Shown in pieces: positions 1 to 13,133 of a DNA stretch of 64,000 nt. The position numbers were made by a program, and so were the translations under genes. The stretch comes from Phoronis australis (Eukaryota; Animalia; Phoronida): positions 1,010,426 through 1,074,425 of the forward strand of contig NMRA01000075.1 of assembly GCA_002633005.1 (NCBI GenBank), given 5' to 3'. Under the pieces are notes generated by a model that did not search any database, was not told the DNA's origin, and was given only the letters and a program-made list of their open reading frames with translations. Positions within the stretch are counted from its first letter, which is position 1, and the number at the start of each line of letters is the position of its first letter.

Positions 1-1424
1 ATTGAAAGTTCTCTTTAGAAATTTTACTCCCTTTGAATGTAATATTTTGTTTATTAAGTAGTAGCAGTTAAGTTGAGGAGTGCATGTTATTAATGACAAA
101 GCTGGAGATTAGTCACATGATATTTGTGGCGAGCATTCACTAACTATCTCGTGCCGATTAATTCATCCAAAATCACATGGTCCCGTCAAAAACACGCAAC
201 TACATAATCTTGCGAAATCTTGCTTTTTTACCAAGACACTAGGGTTACTGCATGCTCCCCTAGAATTATTGTCTGCATCTCAGCGGACATTGTCAGACAA
301 CCCGAGAATGAATGAGTAGGTCCATAGGGGTCATGAAACAAAACACTCCAGCAAAGACATCACTCACCAATGCAACATTTGAAATTTTGCTTAAGATTGG
401 AAAAGTGTGCTCATACAAATCATGGCAATTACCTGTTAAAAGCTGTAGTTAGTAAATATGAGATGCAAAACCATTGACAATTAAGTTTCTGGTCAAGTGA
501 TGTGTGCAAGTATCCAAACCGTATACTTTTCCGAAGATAAAACATATTGTTGGGATGTAAATAACCCATGGTCGAGCCCACAGTTGCAAAATTTTGCCCG
601 CTAGATTTGACATCTGCTCGCCCACTTGACAGGCACGCGGGCGGCTGGCTAATACTCTGCTTCCCGTCATTTTGCACTCTCGACGTTGTTGCTGTTTCTG
701 TCAACTCACTGTTCACTGTACAATTTTTTAAGTTAAACGTGTCTCAAAATAAAAATAGAATTGGCAATTGGTGGTTGGATTCCTATTGGGGTACAGCGTA
801 GCGACATCTTGAGTCTAGTGCAATGAAGTTTTAAAGTTAAGCAGTGGAATGTTAGTCTATTCTAGTGAGAAAGGTATCAATTTGGTACGATTGGTTATCA
901 TGCTTATCTAAAATATGACCTCAAACTAGTCTGGACTAACTCTAATGTGAAAGCAGCTATACTAAACTAATCCTGTAAATTATTACAACAATCATTCAGA
1001 AAAAATAACATTGTTAGCATCTCTTGTGGTTTAACTGACACACTACATGAATAACTGATGTTTAACCTTACTGACCTAAAGATGCTTTAGATGTAAGCTA
1101 AATGTCATGCTTTACCATTACCTTCTATGTTATCCCTGTTAGTTGACTTTTACTGTGACCAAAGCCTGATATCATTGCCTATTGTTTGCTTGTATGGATA
1201 TTGAACTGCCGGAAAGGTTTCTTGTCATCAGCAACATTGACAATGAAACATGACATAGTTTTGTGTGGCATGAGCTTTAAGAGCAACTCCACTCTTAAAG
1301 TGAAAAGAAACAGAATAAATAACTAAGTTGAAACGATTTTTCAAAAAACAATACTAACACCATCCCTGAAGGATTCAGGATAAATTTTGAAGGTTTGGTT
1401 TCCTAAACTTCTCTTCAAAGGCAG

Positions 1425-1795
1425 TTAAGTTGACTGTTATTAGTACCACCAGACCTAGTTAGGGACTATGTTGACTGTTACCAGTGCCCACCAGAAATAG
1501 TCCAGGACTAGTAGAGTTGACTACTTTCAGTACCCACCAGAACTAGTCAGAGACTAGATATAGTTGACTATTAACGATAGCCATCAGAACTGATCAGTAT
1601 AGTTGATTACTATCAATACCAACCAGAACTGATAAGTATACTAAACCAGAGAATTAGTTAGAGACTATTATATTTGGCTATGATAAGTACTCACCAGAAC
1701 TAATAAGTATAATTGACTATTATCATTATTCACCAAAACTAGTTGGAGACTAATATAGTTGACTATTATCAGTACTCACCAGAACTGATAAGTAT
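1425..1795. repeat. Degenerate intronic minisatellite (~39-48 bp units) that overlaps and copies the TBC1D19 exon 2 3' end and splice donor
   Basis: About 8 imperfect copies of 'tagttgactattatcagtactcaccagaactgataagta'. The last copy is the exon/intron junction at 1780/1779. Confidence 0.85.
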
Positions 1796-1852
1796 CTCCT
1801 TGACACCTTGTTGTAAGTCTTTGAATGTCAAACCTGGTTTCAATAAGGCATC
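1780..1852 (-). CDS. TBC1D19: TBC1 domain family member 19, coding exon 2 (DALLKPGLTFKDLQQGVKEILISS-G)
   Basis: Minus strand reads ttttcAG|GATGCC...TTCTG|GTGAGT, 73 nt, phase 0 to phase 1. The peptide aligns with recalled human TBC1D19 ASLQRPEIKLESLKEDIKEFFKISG, and the exon length matches my recollection of human exon 2. The next exon was not found in 1-1779 and probably lies outside the window. Confidence 0.8.
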
Positions 1853-2771
1853 CTGAAAATACAACTGTCAGCAGTAACGAACCCTAAAACTAGAAATTAG
1901 CAATACTATCAATATCAAATCATGTCAAAAGTGCTTATTTAATAAACTTCCGGTGGGCATTACTTTCAATATATATATAACTCTGATTTGAGATAATGGA
2001 ACAATCTAAACAATTGTCCAAATCTCGCTAACTCTGGAACATCCTACCTCAGAAATGGCCAATCAGATTCACACGAAACTTTCAGATACTACGCTTTACG
2101 CACTGGTCTCTAAAACAAGGTTGGAAATTATTTTTTAAATGACCCCCTTTTGCATAAGAGGATTTCAACATTAGAACTGTTATTATTTTTACAAGGATGA
2201 AATGAAACTGGAAAACTATAACAGCATTTTTGAGATTTTATTTTGAGCACTTATATCAAATGAAATTTTCCCAATTATGTGCTTGATATCATTGCATGAC
2301 GTCCTAAGAAATTCAATGTACATTTTTTTCTTTTTCACTAAGGAGTTTGGCCAGGTCATCCACCAAATATGACCCATGGTAATTTTCACACTGCAAAGAG
2401 CTGTGAATGCTTTGCAATTAAGACTTAATGCTTTCAAGCAGGAGACAAAATGCAAGCCAGAAGGAAAAATACTTTGATAGTTAGGTCTTATCAATATGTA
2501 GATAAAGAGAAGTATATGCAAATAGAGTAAACAATATAAACTGTGTGCAAAAATGAACGTAAACTTACAAAAACAGTTCACATTAAAACTGAAGAATAAC
2601 TTAAAGATAGAGTAGTTAAAAACAGATTTAATTAATACTAAATATTTGTAATAACTAGCACTAAATACAGTTGTAGGATTCTTTGAATAGTTAAGATATG
2701 AGTAAGAATCAACGTTAGGTAGAATGCTGAGATCCCAAACTTTCAGTGATTTGTTATCATGAATGAATTAC

Positions 2772-2870
2772 CTGGGCAGCAGCCAAACAGTCTGCTTCTA
2801 GCTTGGAGTCCTTCAGCTCTGTGACAATGTCTGCTATGAGGGCAGCGAGCGTAGCCTCTGGTGAGCTCAT
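2772..2870 (-). CDS. TBC1D19: TBC1 domain family member 19, first coding exon (MSSPEATLAALIADIVTELKDSKLEADCLAAAQ)
   Basis: ATG at 2870, 99 nt (33 codons), donor CAG|GTAATT at 2772/2771, and a candidate acceptor ttttaatcAG at 2906. Aligns colinearly with the recalled human N-terminus MLQEESDLSLIIAQIVQKLKGSNLYSQLERQAW (33 aa) and joins in frame to the exon at 1852. Confidence 0.8.
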
Positions 2871-3107
2871 TCTGGCACTAGCATAGCACAAGTGAATAAA
2901 AGTGTCTGATTAAAATAGCAAGGCATTATAAATGATGATTAATGTGACAAGGGCCACTAGTCAGATGATGTTACGAATGAACACTGATAACAACCACGAA
3001 TGATCAGTGATAAGTTATGAATGTGCAGTCATAACAGCCATGAATGACCAGCAATAACAGTTATACATGACAAGTGATAACAGCCATGTACCTTTACTAC
3101 ATCGTGT

Positions 3108-3400
3108 TGTCCTGGATGCTGAAAACAAAACTGTTGAACTAGCGGCCAAGATGGACCTGGATACTGGAAACAACACTGTTGAACCAGCAGCCAAGGGGGA
3201 TCTGGATACTGGAAACAACACTGTTGGACCAGCGGCCAAGGTGGACCTGGATACTGGAAACAACACTGTTTTACCAGTGGTCAAGGGAGATCTGGATACT
3301 CAAAACAACACTGCTGAACTAGCAGTCAAGGGGTATCTGGATACTGAAAACAACACTGATGAACCAGCAGCCAAGGGGCACCTGGATACTGAAAACAGCA
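3108..3400. repeat. 60-bp tandem repeat, ~5 copies
   Basis: Unit 'ctggatactggaaacaacactgttgaaccagcagccaaggggga...' recurs every 60 nt and gives the 20-aa periodicity in ORF 3067-3537. Confidence 0.9.
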
Positions 3401-4473
3401 TTGTAGAACATTGTCTTTTGCTAGCACATTCTATTTACTCACCTGAAGCCTGTTCAAAAGCGAGTGTGCCCACAATCAGATTGACTGCCCACTTGTTCAG
3501 CAACTGTGACTTCATGAACACTCACGATTTTCTTTGATACCCCACTCCAGGTTGTACGTTTCAAGATGGCGTCCAGTATGTAGCCTTTAAATGGTGATTA
3601 CCTTGACCAACAATCATAAGTGGTAGTGGTAACACATTAAAAGTATATTGCAACATATATACAAGATTGTATGAGGTAGTTACAGGAAATTTAGTTTAAG
3701 AGTTGTAGAAAAATAATTTAACTAAATGGCATAAGATCGCTATATGTGGTTGGTGACTTTTTTGTTTCCTGACATCTCTGATCCAGCCACACCTAGAGGT
3801 TTTAACTTCTTACACTTATTTTCAAAAATTTGAATTGGAGATACTACTCTTCCGTAAAAATGAAGGTCCGTGAACCAAAAACGGCTTTCGTGGACACCAG
3901 TTTGAAACTGAAGCAAGTTCACAATATACTTTAATCCCATGACTGAGGCCTCACTACTATCAAGTCAGCAGAGAGAATGCTAGATACATTAACCAGGCAT
4001 CTGACTGGTTTGCGAGCCTGAAGTCAAATTTCAAGAGGGTTGACCTGGCATGAGAAAGTACGTGGATAATGCAGCCTATGTCTGACCTAGTGATGGCTAA
4101 ATCTATTACTAGATTCATGACACATGAGTGACGAAAATGCTAGCAGTTTTTGAGGCTAGAGCAGTGTTAGCATAGGCTATCACGGAAGTTTTTGCCTGCA
4201 GTTAGTTTGCTTCTTTACCTCCTAAATCATAATTTAGAACTGCATTTGCTCCCTATTTGCCTGCCAAAACATCAAAAATGAATTAAGCCATTTTAGTTCA
4301 TAGGAATCTTTACCATAATAGACATCAATTTCCATTACACATGTACCCATTGTCGACTCGTTCCACAACAAGGTAGATGTCATTTCAATGCCGAAGTTTC
4401 ACAAAGTTGCATTGGACGTGTGCTAGATTTTGAAGTAAGTTATAAAAGTAATTGAAAAATCAAATCTTACTTA

Positions 4474-4610
4474 AATTTCGGCACTAGTTGGATATAATGG
4501 ACCCTGATTTAGTGAACCAGACAATCACCATGACTGACCATGTTATTTAGTAGATGAAACTGGTTCAATAACTAAATCAAGGTACATTATATCCGACTAG
4601 TACCGAAATT
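4474..4610. mobile_element. Short palindromic MITE-like element (~47-bp inverted arms)
   Basis: aatttcggcactagttggatataatggaccctgatttagtgaaccag (4474-4520) is near reverse-complementary to ctggttcaataactaaatcaaggtacattatatccgactagtaccgaaatt (4560-4610). Confidence 0.65.
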
Positions 4611-5275
4611 ATCAAGTTTTAACCTACATACTTCAGTGATTGTGTTTTGACATGCAGTCATACACAGCTAGCTGGCTGGCCAAGTTGTAACAGGCACGGT
4701 GAGAATCGGTTGACTCTCAGATTTGGCATGGCACCACCACTGGTCATTAGCTCACATGTCGATGTTTAACAACGAGGTAATGAGCAGAACTATGGCTGCC
4801 GATGTGAAATTTTGATGTCTATGTAAAGTTAACAAACAGCAGTTCCTATATTTTGATGTTAGGTTTCATTCCTAGAGGAGCTAGATGTGTAGTTAGTTTG
4901 CTATGACAAAGCTACATAGTCATAGGTCATAGCGGACATAGCCATAGGAGTATAGGACGATAGGTACCCCTTCCGTGCACATTGCTGTGCACATTGCTGT
5001 GCTTGAACTTGGAAGTCTGCTAAATACAAAAAATTCTTTACACTGAACAAAAACTGATTGCCCAAATGAATGGTCAATTCCAAGTTCACGCATACGCGAT
5101 CTTGAGCTTAAGCAAGATTCCAAGTTCAGGCACAGCAGACCTGTACGTGTGACTGAGTCTGAGCAGCCTGGGGCAGACCAGACGAGTATACAAAGCGTGC
5201 TTAGAAACCCGAGGTTTAGGACGAGAGATTAAATCACAGGAAAGTTTTCATTTGAAAACAAAATCCGTGGCGTAC

Positions 5276-5420
5276 CTGTAGATTGTCAAGATAACAATAC
5301 TGTTTAGTTGTCGTCACAAATTCACAAAAAAGGATTGGCGTTTGACGATTTTGTTACGGAAACTCGCCGACAGACGACAAACACAACCAAGGATTTTCAA
5401 AATTAGGTCAAGAGGCAACC
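5276..5420 (-). other. Possible non-coding first exon of TBC1D19
   Basis: Minus-strand donor TACAG|GTACG at 5276/5275 in a locally CpG-containing segment upstream of the ATG exon. The upstream boundary is a guess. Confidence 0.3.
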
Positions 5421-6509
5421 GCACAGTTCCGCCAAATAAAATTCATTTAAAGCTATATATTCACTTAACATAAATTAAGTTTGATAATAATAAATTAATA
5501 CATTTTTTGTATGCAAAGATATTTATAATTAAAAAATAAATATTTATATTTAAAGTTAAAATATTCTCTTCGATAGGTGTCGCCTTTCTGACACAGCGCT
5601 ACCTATACTGAGAAGTGGTAGAGTGAAAGAGTGTAGTAGGCCTTCGCCTCCTAGCGGCTTGCGAGCGGGCAATACTGATCACTCTCCGGCTCAGTTGACC
5701 GCGTGCCTGCCAGGATGGTCAGTTCCTAGTCCAACAATACGCAGCCAAGCAGTGTGGCGAACCTTGTCTTATAGACTGTGTACTTCCCTTCGTGTTACTA
5801 TGGGATTACGATTCACGTTTAGTAGCAGCATCTGGTTCGGGCAATTTATCTTCAACAACTAAAAGACACACCTCGATTGTGAAATGAAATCTGGAAACAT
5901 ATATTCTGTCTGAATTTATTATGAATGGGAAACAGGGGAGCTGGACCTATTCAGAGACGGGTCTCCTTTGGGGGGGGTTCAGGGGGGTTAATAACCCCCC
6001 GGACAGGATCAAAAATAAAAGTAAGATAAATAAACGTCGCCAGGAGAACGAAATCAGCTACAAAACCAAAAAAAATCCGATCTTGCCGCGGGCGGGGGTG
6101 AACCCGGCCCTCACGACCTTCCCTCCGCTCGGCGATACGCGCCTCGGATTCGCGTGAATCCTAAACTCCCACCTAGGGGTACTACTGAAAACGTAGATCT
6201 GTCACTCGGATATGATGATATGATGATCGTGTTCTAGGGAACGAACCCCGTTCCATGCCACGTACTTTTCCAAACACAAGGCAAGTGGGCAGTAATTATG
6301 ATCTAAGGCGTGGTGTGGTTTTAATATTTGAATCTAACTGATTGCCAAGTCGTCGCCAGATATGATATCGATACTGCTTGGTAGCATAGTTCATCAGCAT
6401 GTTTATGGCCGTTAACGGCCTGAGCGGCAAGCATGAGTCAAGCCTTGGTGCAAAGCTGTATACTAAATATACAGCTTTGCACCGATTTGGGTAAAAAACT
6501 GACCAGATA

Positions 6510-6633
6510 CATTGGCGGCGCATCATATAGGGCTGGGGGCTATAATCCCCCACTTTTTTTCAAAGCTACGCCGCCCATGGTCTATGGGCGGTGCACCACA
6601 CCACTTTTGTCAGCGCTCAGTGCGCCGCCCATG
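6510..6633. mobile_element. MITE with TIR CAT(T/G)GGCGGCGCA and 5-bp TSD AGATA
   Basis: agata|cattggcggcgca ... tgcgccgcccatg|agata. Confidence 0.85.
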
Positions 6634-9032
6634 AGATAAAATCTGACATAAAATTAGTGTCGTTAAAAACTTCCTTGGGTAAACTTCACAGAGACCATTA
6701 CAAGCAAGTAGCATGTCCTTTAAATCGGTATGTCTTCTCCCTATGAAATTAAAATTTCATGCCGATTTAACTCAAACCAGTGCACATTTGAGGACAACCC
6801 TCTAAGTATCTCTCGAAGTCTTGCATTTTCGCGAGATTCTCGCTACTGTGGTCGGGAACGCACGCCTGCGACTGTACCAATCATAAGCCATGCCAGGCCC
6901 GGGAGTTTCCATGTCTGTACTTGTAGGCCTATCCCTATTCGTCGCTATAGCGATTAGTTCAAGTCAGACTTGTCTCGAATCAAGCTTCTTAGCATTAGAA
7001 GATCCTTGCTGGTGAACGTATCTCACATCTGGTTCTTGACTGGTCCATCAAATATGAGGCCAATCAGTGTGCTTAAATCAGATGAACATTAAAAGCATGC
7101 TTTACAACCTTAATGTTGCAACGCGAATCGTGAAAAACGCGGGGTATGCCGCGCCCCTACTTAGGGCCTACTATTGAGAGCACTAGAGGATACTTTCTTT
7201 TGGATTACAGTATATACCAGGCGCGTGTACTGCCGTATTTCATAAAGGTTATACAAGAAGGAATAACATGCAGAAATTATGAAGCAGCAACTGAATATAT
7301 ATTTATCTCAGAAGAAATACAAGAAATGTGTGAAAGAATGAAATATGATACAAAATCATGTCACTATAGCAAAAAGTCTGATCAGCTTGTATTTTATTTT
7401 CAAAATATTCACCAGCTACTTTAAATTTTAACAAAGGCTGCACCCCCTCGCTCCATCATGGTTATCACATTTGCAGCCTGCTAATCATTTATTTAATCTT
7501 AGGCCAGCCCCCCACCCCCGAAGAGAAATTGACAATGTGAAATTGTGTGCTGAATTCAGTCCGTCAGAAAAGCGGGCAGGTCTCACCCGTAGACTAGAGA
7601 TATCTGGTTTTTGGCTTTTTCCTACAGGCAACCTGGAATTAGAACTAGTTTGAGTAACATATGAGGAACACTTGTGCGCGCGCACTTAATATACGCAAGT
7701 GTGGACAGGGTTGACATACGTTGTAAATGCCTGGGACTAGCATGGAGGTCGGGATGTGCAACCTGAGTGGCGTAACTTTTGGCCGGCTTGCCGGATCGAG
7801 TCAGTTGTGACGCCCACCCCCGTTTATGTAATATTGGATTTGTAGTCAAACAAAGAAAAAGTCAGACATAAGGATAACAGCTGAGCAAAGAGGTCTATTC
7901 AAATAAGAAAAGATCTATTCTGTTTTTGGAAAATTGTATAAAAAACTAAATTTTTAACAAAATGAGGATATGATTTCGCAGTATGGCCAGTTACTTTACA
8001 GAATGCTTTTGACTCTAGTCCACTTAACGATGTACGTTTAAAAAGTCCACAGAATAGGCTAATAGGAACAAATACAGCAAGGTACTAAACAGAGATTCTG
8101 ATTTATGTAGCTTCTATCATGTGAAGTCAGAGAATATTGTTCACTTGTTGTTAGGAGAGAATATTCGGATTTCTCTCAACTATGAGAGATATGTGAACAC
8201 TAATTTGGATGCATTCACTGTCAGATCATATTTGCCATTAGTGGTTGCAGGTGTAAGTCACTGAATAGATTTACCACTCTGGCTAAAAAACATATTTTGT
8301 CGAATACAAAACCAATTACCACCCATCACAATTTTTAAAGTTGAATTCATTTATTACTTTATAAAGCTAACTTAAAATATGTGCTCACGAAAAATGGAAA
8401 AGAAGAATATTTTGAAAACAAATGGATGCACTTTGCGTGCTTGTGGTGCGAATTGGGTCAGTCCATTATTAAGATTTGCTTTCTGTGTTAGTTTTTCCCT
8501 ACCCTTGACGTGCAGACAACTCAGTGAATTCATGTGACATTAATGTGTCGCGAGTTCTAGAGTTATCTTTATGTCATGTTCTGTTAGTTCAAATATCGGT
8601 AATGGTTATAATAATTTATAATGACGTCAGCACGCAGGCTCCGAGTCGGAATTGCTATTTCAACGATGGAGGTTTTAGGGCACCAATGGCGCCTTTTTTG
8701 TTTTAATGGTGTTTTTTGTCGCGTATACCGAGGGAGCTCAAACACATTGACCCTCGTTGCCGGGTCCGCCACTGGTAACTCATTTACTGGGACAGTTGAG
8801 AATGGAACTAATGAGGTCAATGGGCATGCGTACACTACATTTATTAAATGTTTCGCGCTACTTTCGATTTCTAAGTGTGTTACGTAAGTGGCGGATTTCT
8901 ATAATTCGAAACTGCGAATATTTGTGGAAGTCACGTAAATAGAACAGAGGACCGTTGTTTTGTAATCCAGAAGTGTAGACTTATCGTTATAACAGCGAAG
9001 GGGGAACATTGCTGGTTTCTAACGACGATAAT

Positions 9033-9352
9033 CAGTGGCAGATTTAGGGGGGGGCAAGGGGTCATGGCCCCCCCTAAAATTGTACCAGATCCCATTTTTG
9101 AGTTCGGGTGCGAATTGCTGACTAGCACATGTGCGCAACCAGGGGGTCTTGGGGTGTGAATAAACAACGCGTAGACCCTGAATAAACCCCCGTTTACCGT
9201 TTTTTTTTTTGCTGTTTAGTCAACAGGTCCGCAAACTCAAGAATTCAAGACCCCTGCATCCCCAGATTTTAGGTTGGGCGCGCGCGTCTGCCGGAATGCT
9301 GCTTATTCCTGTGCCCTGGCCCCCCTAACTCAAAATCCTGGATCCGCCCCTG
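9033..9352 (+). mobile_element. MITE, CAGTGGCGGAT...GATCCGCCCCTG family, long composite form, 5-bp TSD ATAAT
   Basis: ataat|cagtggcagatttagggg ... aaatcctggatccgcccctg|ataat. Colinear with the copies at 26975 and 54376. Confidence 0.9.
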
Positions 9353-9929
9353 ATAATGTCTGTTTTGACAAGAGCACTGGGCCAGCATGGTAAACCATAA
9401 CGTCTTCTTTGCATTCTTCAGGTAGTTGTTTTTGTTTTACAGGGGACATAATATGCGCAAGGTTATGGTTTACTTTGTCTCTGTACTCTCTAGAGAAGTT
9501 ACTCATCCAATGTTCTTCGCACATGCACTCAATAAAATAAGCGTCTTTCACGCTCACTTTGGTCAGCACTACACACCTTCCGGGTCGGCCATTTTCACGG
9601 TGCCTAGCAACGGAACAGCTAACAAGGTCGTCTCCTCGGCTTCAGTTAACTTTTGTCTGGCTGGCTTACATCCAGTCCTCGATGGTTCCCTGCGTGCCGC
9701 TAGGTGGTCAGTGCTGGCTAGGCACGTAGGGAACCAGTGAGACATCTCTGGTCATGATCATGAAGTTTGTCAGTCATCATGACGGCTTAAGCGGTCGGGG
9801 TAGTAGAATCCGTCACGGGAATTTCTCAGTGGTTTATTAATTGTAACCATTTCCATTTTAAACAAAGGATAAGGTTGTGGCGACGTTACTGTGGATTACG
9901 GTGGGTCTATTCTTTACTTGAGATCGAAC

Positions 9930-10290
9930 ATGAAATTAATTTCGTCATTTTGTGTTCTGTTTTTTGCAAATTCAGTATAAATAAAAATTATTCTGTGCTC
10001 AAGTACATTATGATTTATGCAAATGAGATTCTAGTCCAAATTCTTACGATCCGTAGACTCGAGCTAAAATTAGGGAAAAAGTTCGAAATTTCGAGCTCAG
10101 ACTCGAACTTTTAGTCTTTATGCTGCAGGGTCATTGATTGTGCAAACTAGGATTAGGCAGTTATACACCTAAGCCGTTATGTACTAAAGCGTAGAATAAT
10201 AAACATTTGTCTAAGCTCACACAAAAGTAGAATAGAACATGGCAAAAATGACTAATTTCGAGTTCGACTTCGAGTAAGAACCAGGGAAAC
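9930..10290. mobile_element. Degenerate dispersed repeat, related to 12733-13133 (inverted) and 28775-29165
   Basis: Shared blocks such as ttcgaaatttcgagctcagactcgaactttt, gggtcattgattgtgcaaactagga and cacacaaaagtagaa. Boundaries approximate. Confidence 0.55.
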
Positions 10291-12732
10291 CGTAGTGCGC
10301 TTTGTTAGAACCCGAGTCGAGAACATGGCGGATGGCGGCTTTAAGAGTAAATCCTATTAATAATATTCAGGAATGTAAAACTGCATTGAATACGTAAAAC
10401 TTGAAGTTATTGAACGGGAAAAGGTTGGTCTGACCCGTTACCTATAAGGCAAAAATGCGTATGAGCACGAGACTGAAACGTTATATAGCGCTCCCCACGG
10501 CCGTTGCTGTGATTGGTCGTAGTCATGTGTTCCAGTCATCTAGCTTCTTCGTGTGAAAACGGCACAGAACACCTAGCCAAATTTTTAAAATTTGCCAATG
10601 GAATGGTTGAACAAGCATTATGTCGCTGACTTGAAAATTCAACGGTTGTGACCTAACCAGCTCCCGCGGGTATTATTGCCTTTCTATCGTGGTCCACTCG
10701 AATCTTTCACTGCTGATATCTAGTAAGGCTGTTATGGAAAAACAGAATACGTGCATTTATTTCTGCCATAATTGAAGTCCTGATTTGAATTCAGCCGATT
10801 TTAATTCTTAAATGGTGGACTGCTCGGCGCCACATCATTTTTTTGCGGAAATAGTATGTCTGTTTCGGTGCCGGAACTAATTACGATACGTTTTTCCGAC
10901 ATTCACGGGCTAGCTGTTCCAAATTTCAAGCTGTGTCAAGAATTTATAAAGGTCGGACGAACATGTTCTCTGTTCAATCCCGACAAAGTCTATCTCCTAA
11001 AACTGGCGATCATATACACCTTGTTTTTAGTTTCTATATGGATTTTAAAGTCCAAGAATTTCTTTGGAAAAGTATACAAAAAAGTGTTGGTATAAGGTTT
11101 GTCGATGAGTAGTGTAGTACTCTCACAACAGAGTTTGTTACAAGCGTTATGCATGAGCTGCGTAGTGCCTTCTCTAATATAGGATTTCAATATAAGCGTT
11201 ATCCATAAGTTGAGTAATGCATTCTCAAACATAGGGTTTAGTACCAAAACTATTCATGAGTTGCATCATTCTTTCTCAAATACAGTTTCTCAGTGTCAGT
11301 TAGTGATGAGTTGCGTATTGCCTTCAGCGCCTTGCCCCGGTTTTCGGTGACACTCAACGGTTTTTGCTGATTTGGGACTTGAATAATTAGGTCGAGTCAG
11401 CTCCAACAGTCTGTTCCACAGGATGTACAAAACCTAAAAATTTTGATGAGTATAATGGTCCAAAGACCTCAAAACCCTTGCACAAAGTCTATTCCGAAGT
11501 CAAAATTTCCATCTTTTACCGGAAGTGCAGCCGGCTACATGAAAAAACGAGCAAAAATATGTCAAGTCAACAGTTTTCACCCCAACGCCACCATTTGCCT
11601 GCAATTACTAAGAACTGAGACAGTTCATCCAGATTCCAAAAAATCGGGTGAAAAGTGAGTGTCGTGTCCAGCCTACCAGCCAGATTTTTCACAAATCCAA
11701 AGAATCTAAAGGGTACCTGAATTCCCTGCTAAATTTGAACTTCCCGCTTACAAGCAGTAAAGGCTTAAAGGGATGTGGAACGCGATAAACAGACTACATT
11801 GCAATAATGAAAGCGGTTCTCTGCCACTGAAACAGAATTCAACTTGCTCACCAGGTATTGTTAACGTTTGCTCATACTGATTTTAAAGTTCTGTTGATAT
11901 CAAAGAAATTTGTTTTAGTTTCGAAAACGATCTTTCAACTGCTTGACAGTTCGTCGATTTTTCTCCCACAAAGCAAAGCACGTCTTCCTGTATGGTTTGG
12001 CAAGACCCGGACGTAGCACATTTCCCTTATATGGAAAATGTGGTCTTTGACCTCAAGCGACTTCAAGCAACTGATTGTGAGCACATGCGCGCATTTATCA
12101 TAAGTGGGAGTGAGATTAGAAACTTTGTGGTAACAAGAGAGTTCTTCCTTCGCGGGTATTTCAAAAAGCGTGATTGTTATGATTTTTTTTCCGGAAACTT
12201 CCTCTCAGGTGAAAATGAGTTACTATGTACTAGACGTTGCGAGACGGTGCTTTCGTCAGGAGTTGTTTAAAAAGATATTTGTGACAAGCTTGAGCTTTCC
12301 ATCATGATGCCTCTTTAAGAAAAGCCACGATTGAGCAAAATTGGGTCAAGGTGTAAGCAGCTGACAATATTTCACCCAGAATAGATTAAAAACTCAAGCA
12401 AATGCCATTGGTAGCCTCCACATGCAGCACAAAACTTGAAATACCCAGCCAACCCAGCGGGCCTCCAAAAAAATTGAGTCTCAACTAATACACAATGGGC
12501 CTTCGGGATTTCCCCTTCTAGGCGCCTGCTTACATACCAGTGGCTACATCACGCCCACTGTGGTGGCCGTAGGGGTAGCCTTCATTGAAATCATGGATAG
12601 AATTTAGATTTTGTAAATTGTACATGTTCTTTGCACTTTTTAGGCTGAGGATACAACCATTATTAATGGCATTTGCAAGTCATCGTCGGATATTGAATCG
12701 CATGGTATTTCTAGGGCGCTTACGAACTGAGT

Positions 12733-13133
12733 CCGGGGCCCGGGGACTAATCGTTTTACTTGAAATATTTGTTGGCATACTATTTTATTTTTGTGTAAGC
12801 TCAAAACGAGTGACTATTATTCTATGCTCGAGTATATAATGACTTAGATGGATAACTGTCTATTCCTAGTTTGCACTAAATGACCCTATCATTGTGGCCA
12901 AAAGTTCAAGTCTGCATTCGAAATTTCGAGTTTTTACATGAAACTTCGAGTTTGTATCTCGAATGAAGGGCTCATCAAATACGAAATTGGACTAGAACTC
13001 ATTTGTACAAACTGCAGACCTCGAACACAGGATAATATACACTTATCTTGAGTTCACACAAAAGTAGAACGGAAAATTCAAAAAAATAATGTCGAGTTCG
13101 ATATTTAGTAGAAGGATGAGATCCCAGCACCTG
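12733..13133. mobile_element. Degenerate ~400-bp MITE-like repeat with imperfect terminal inverted arms
   Basis: Core cctagtttgcactaaatgaccc...ttcgaaatttcgag is the reverse complement of the ~10.1 kb copy. Starts with ggggcccgggga like the 28775 copy. Confidence 0.55.

Noticed and set aside
429-716. Minus-strand ORF flanked by AG/GT as TBC1D19 exon 3
   Set aside because: The phase is compatible, but the peptide bears no resemblance to the expected short exon (GWEKKLQNAVY-like).
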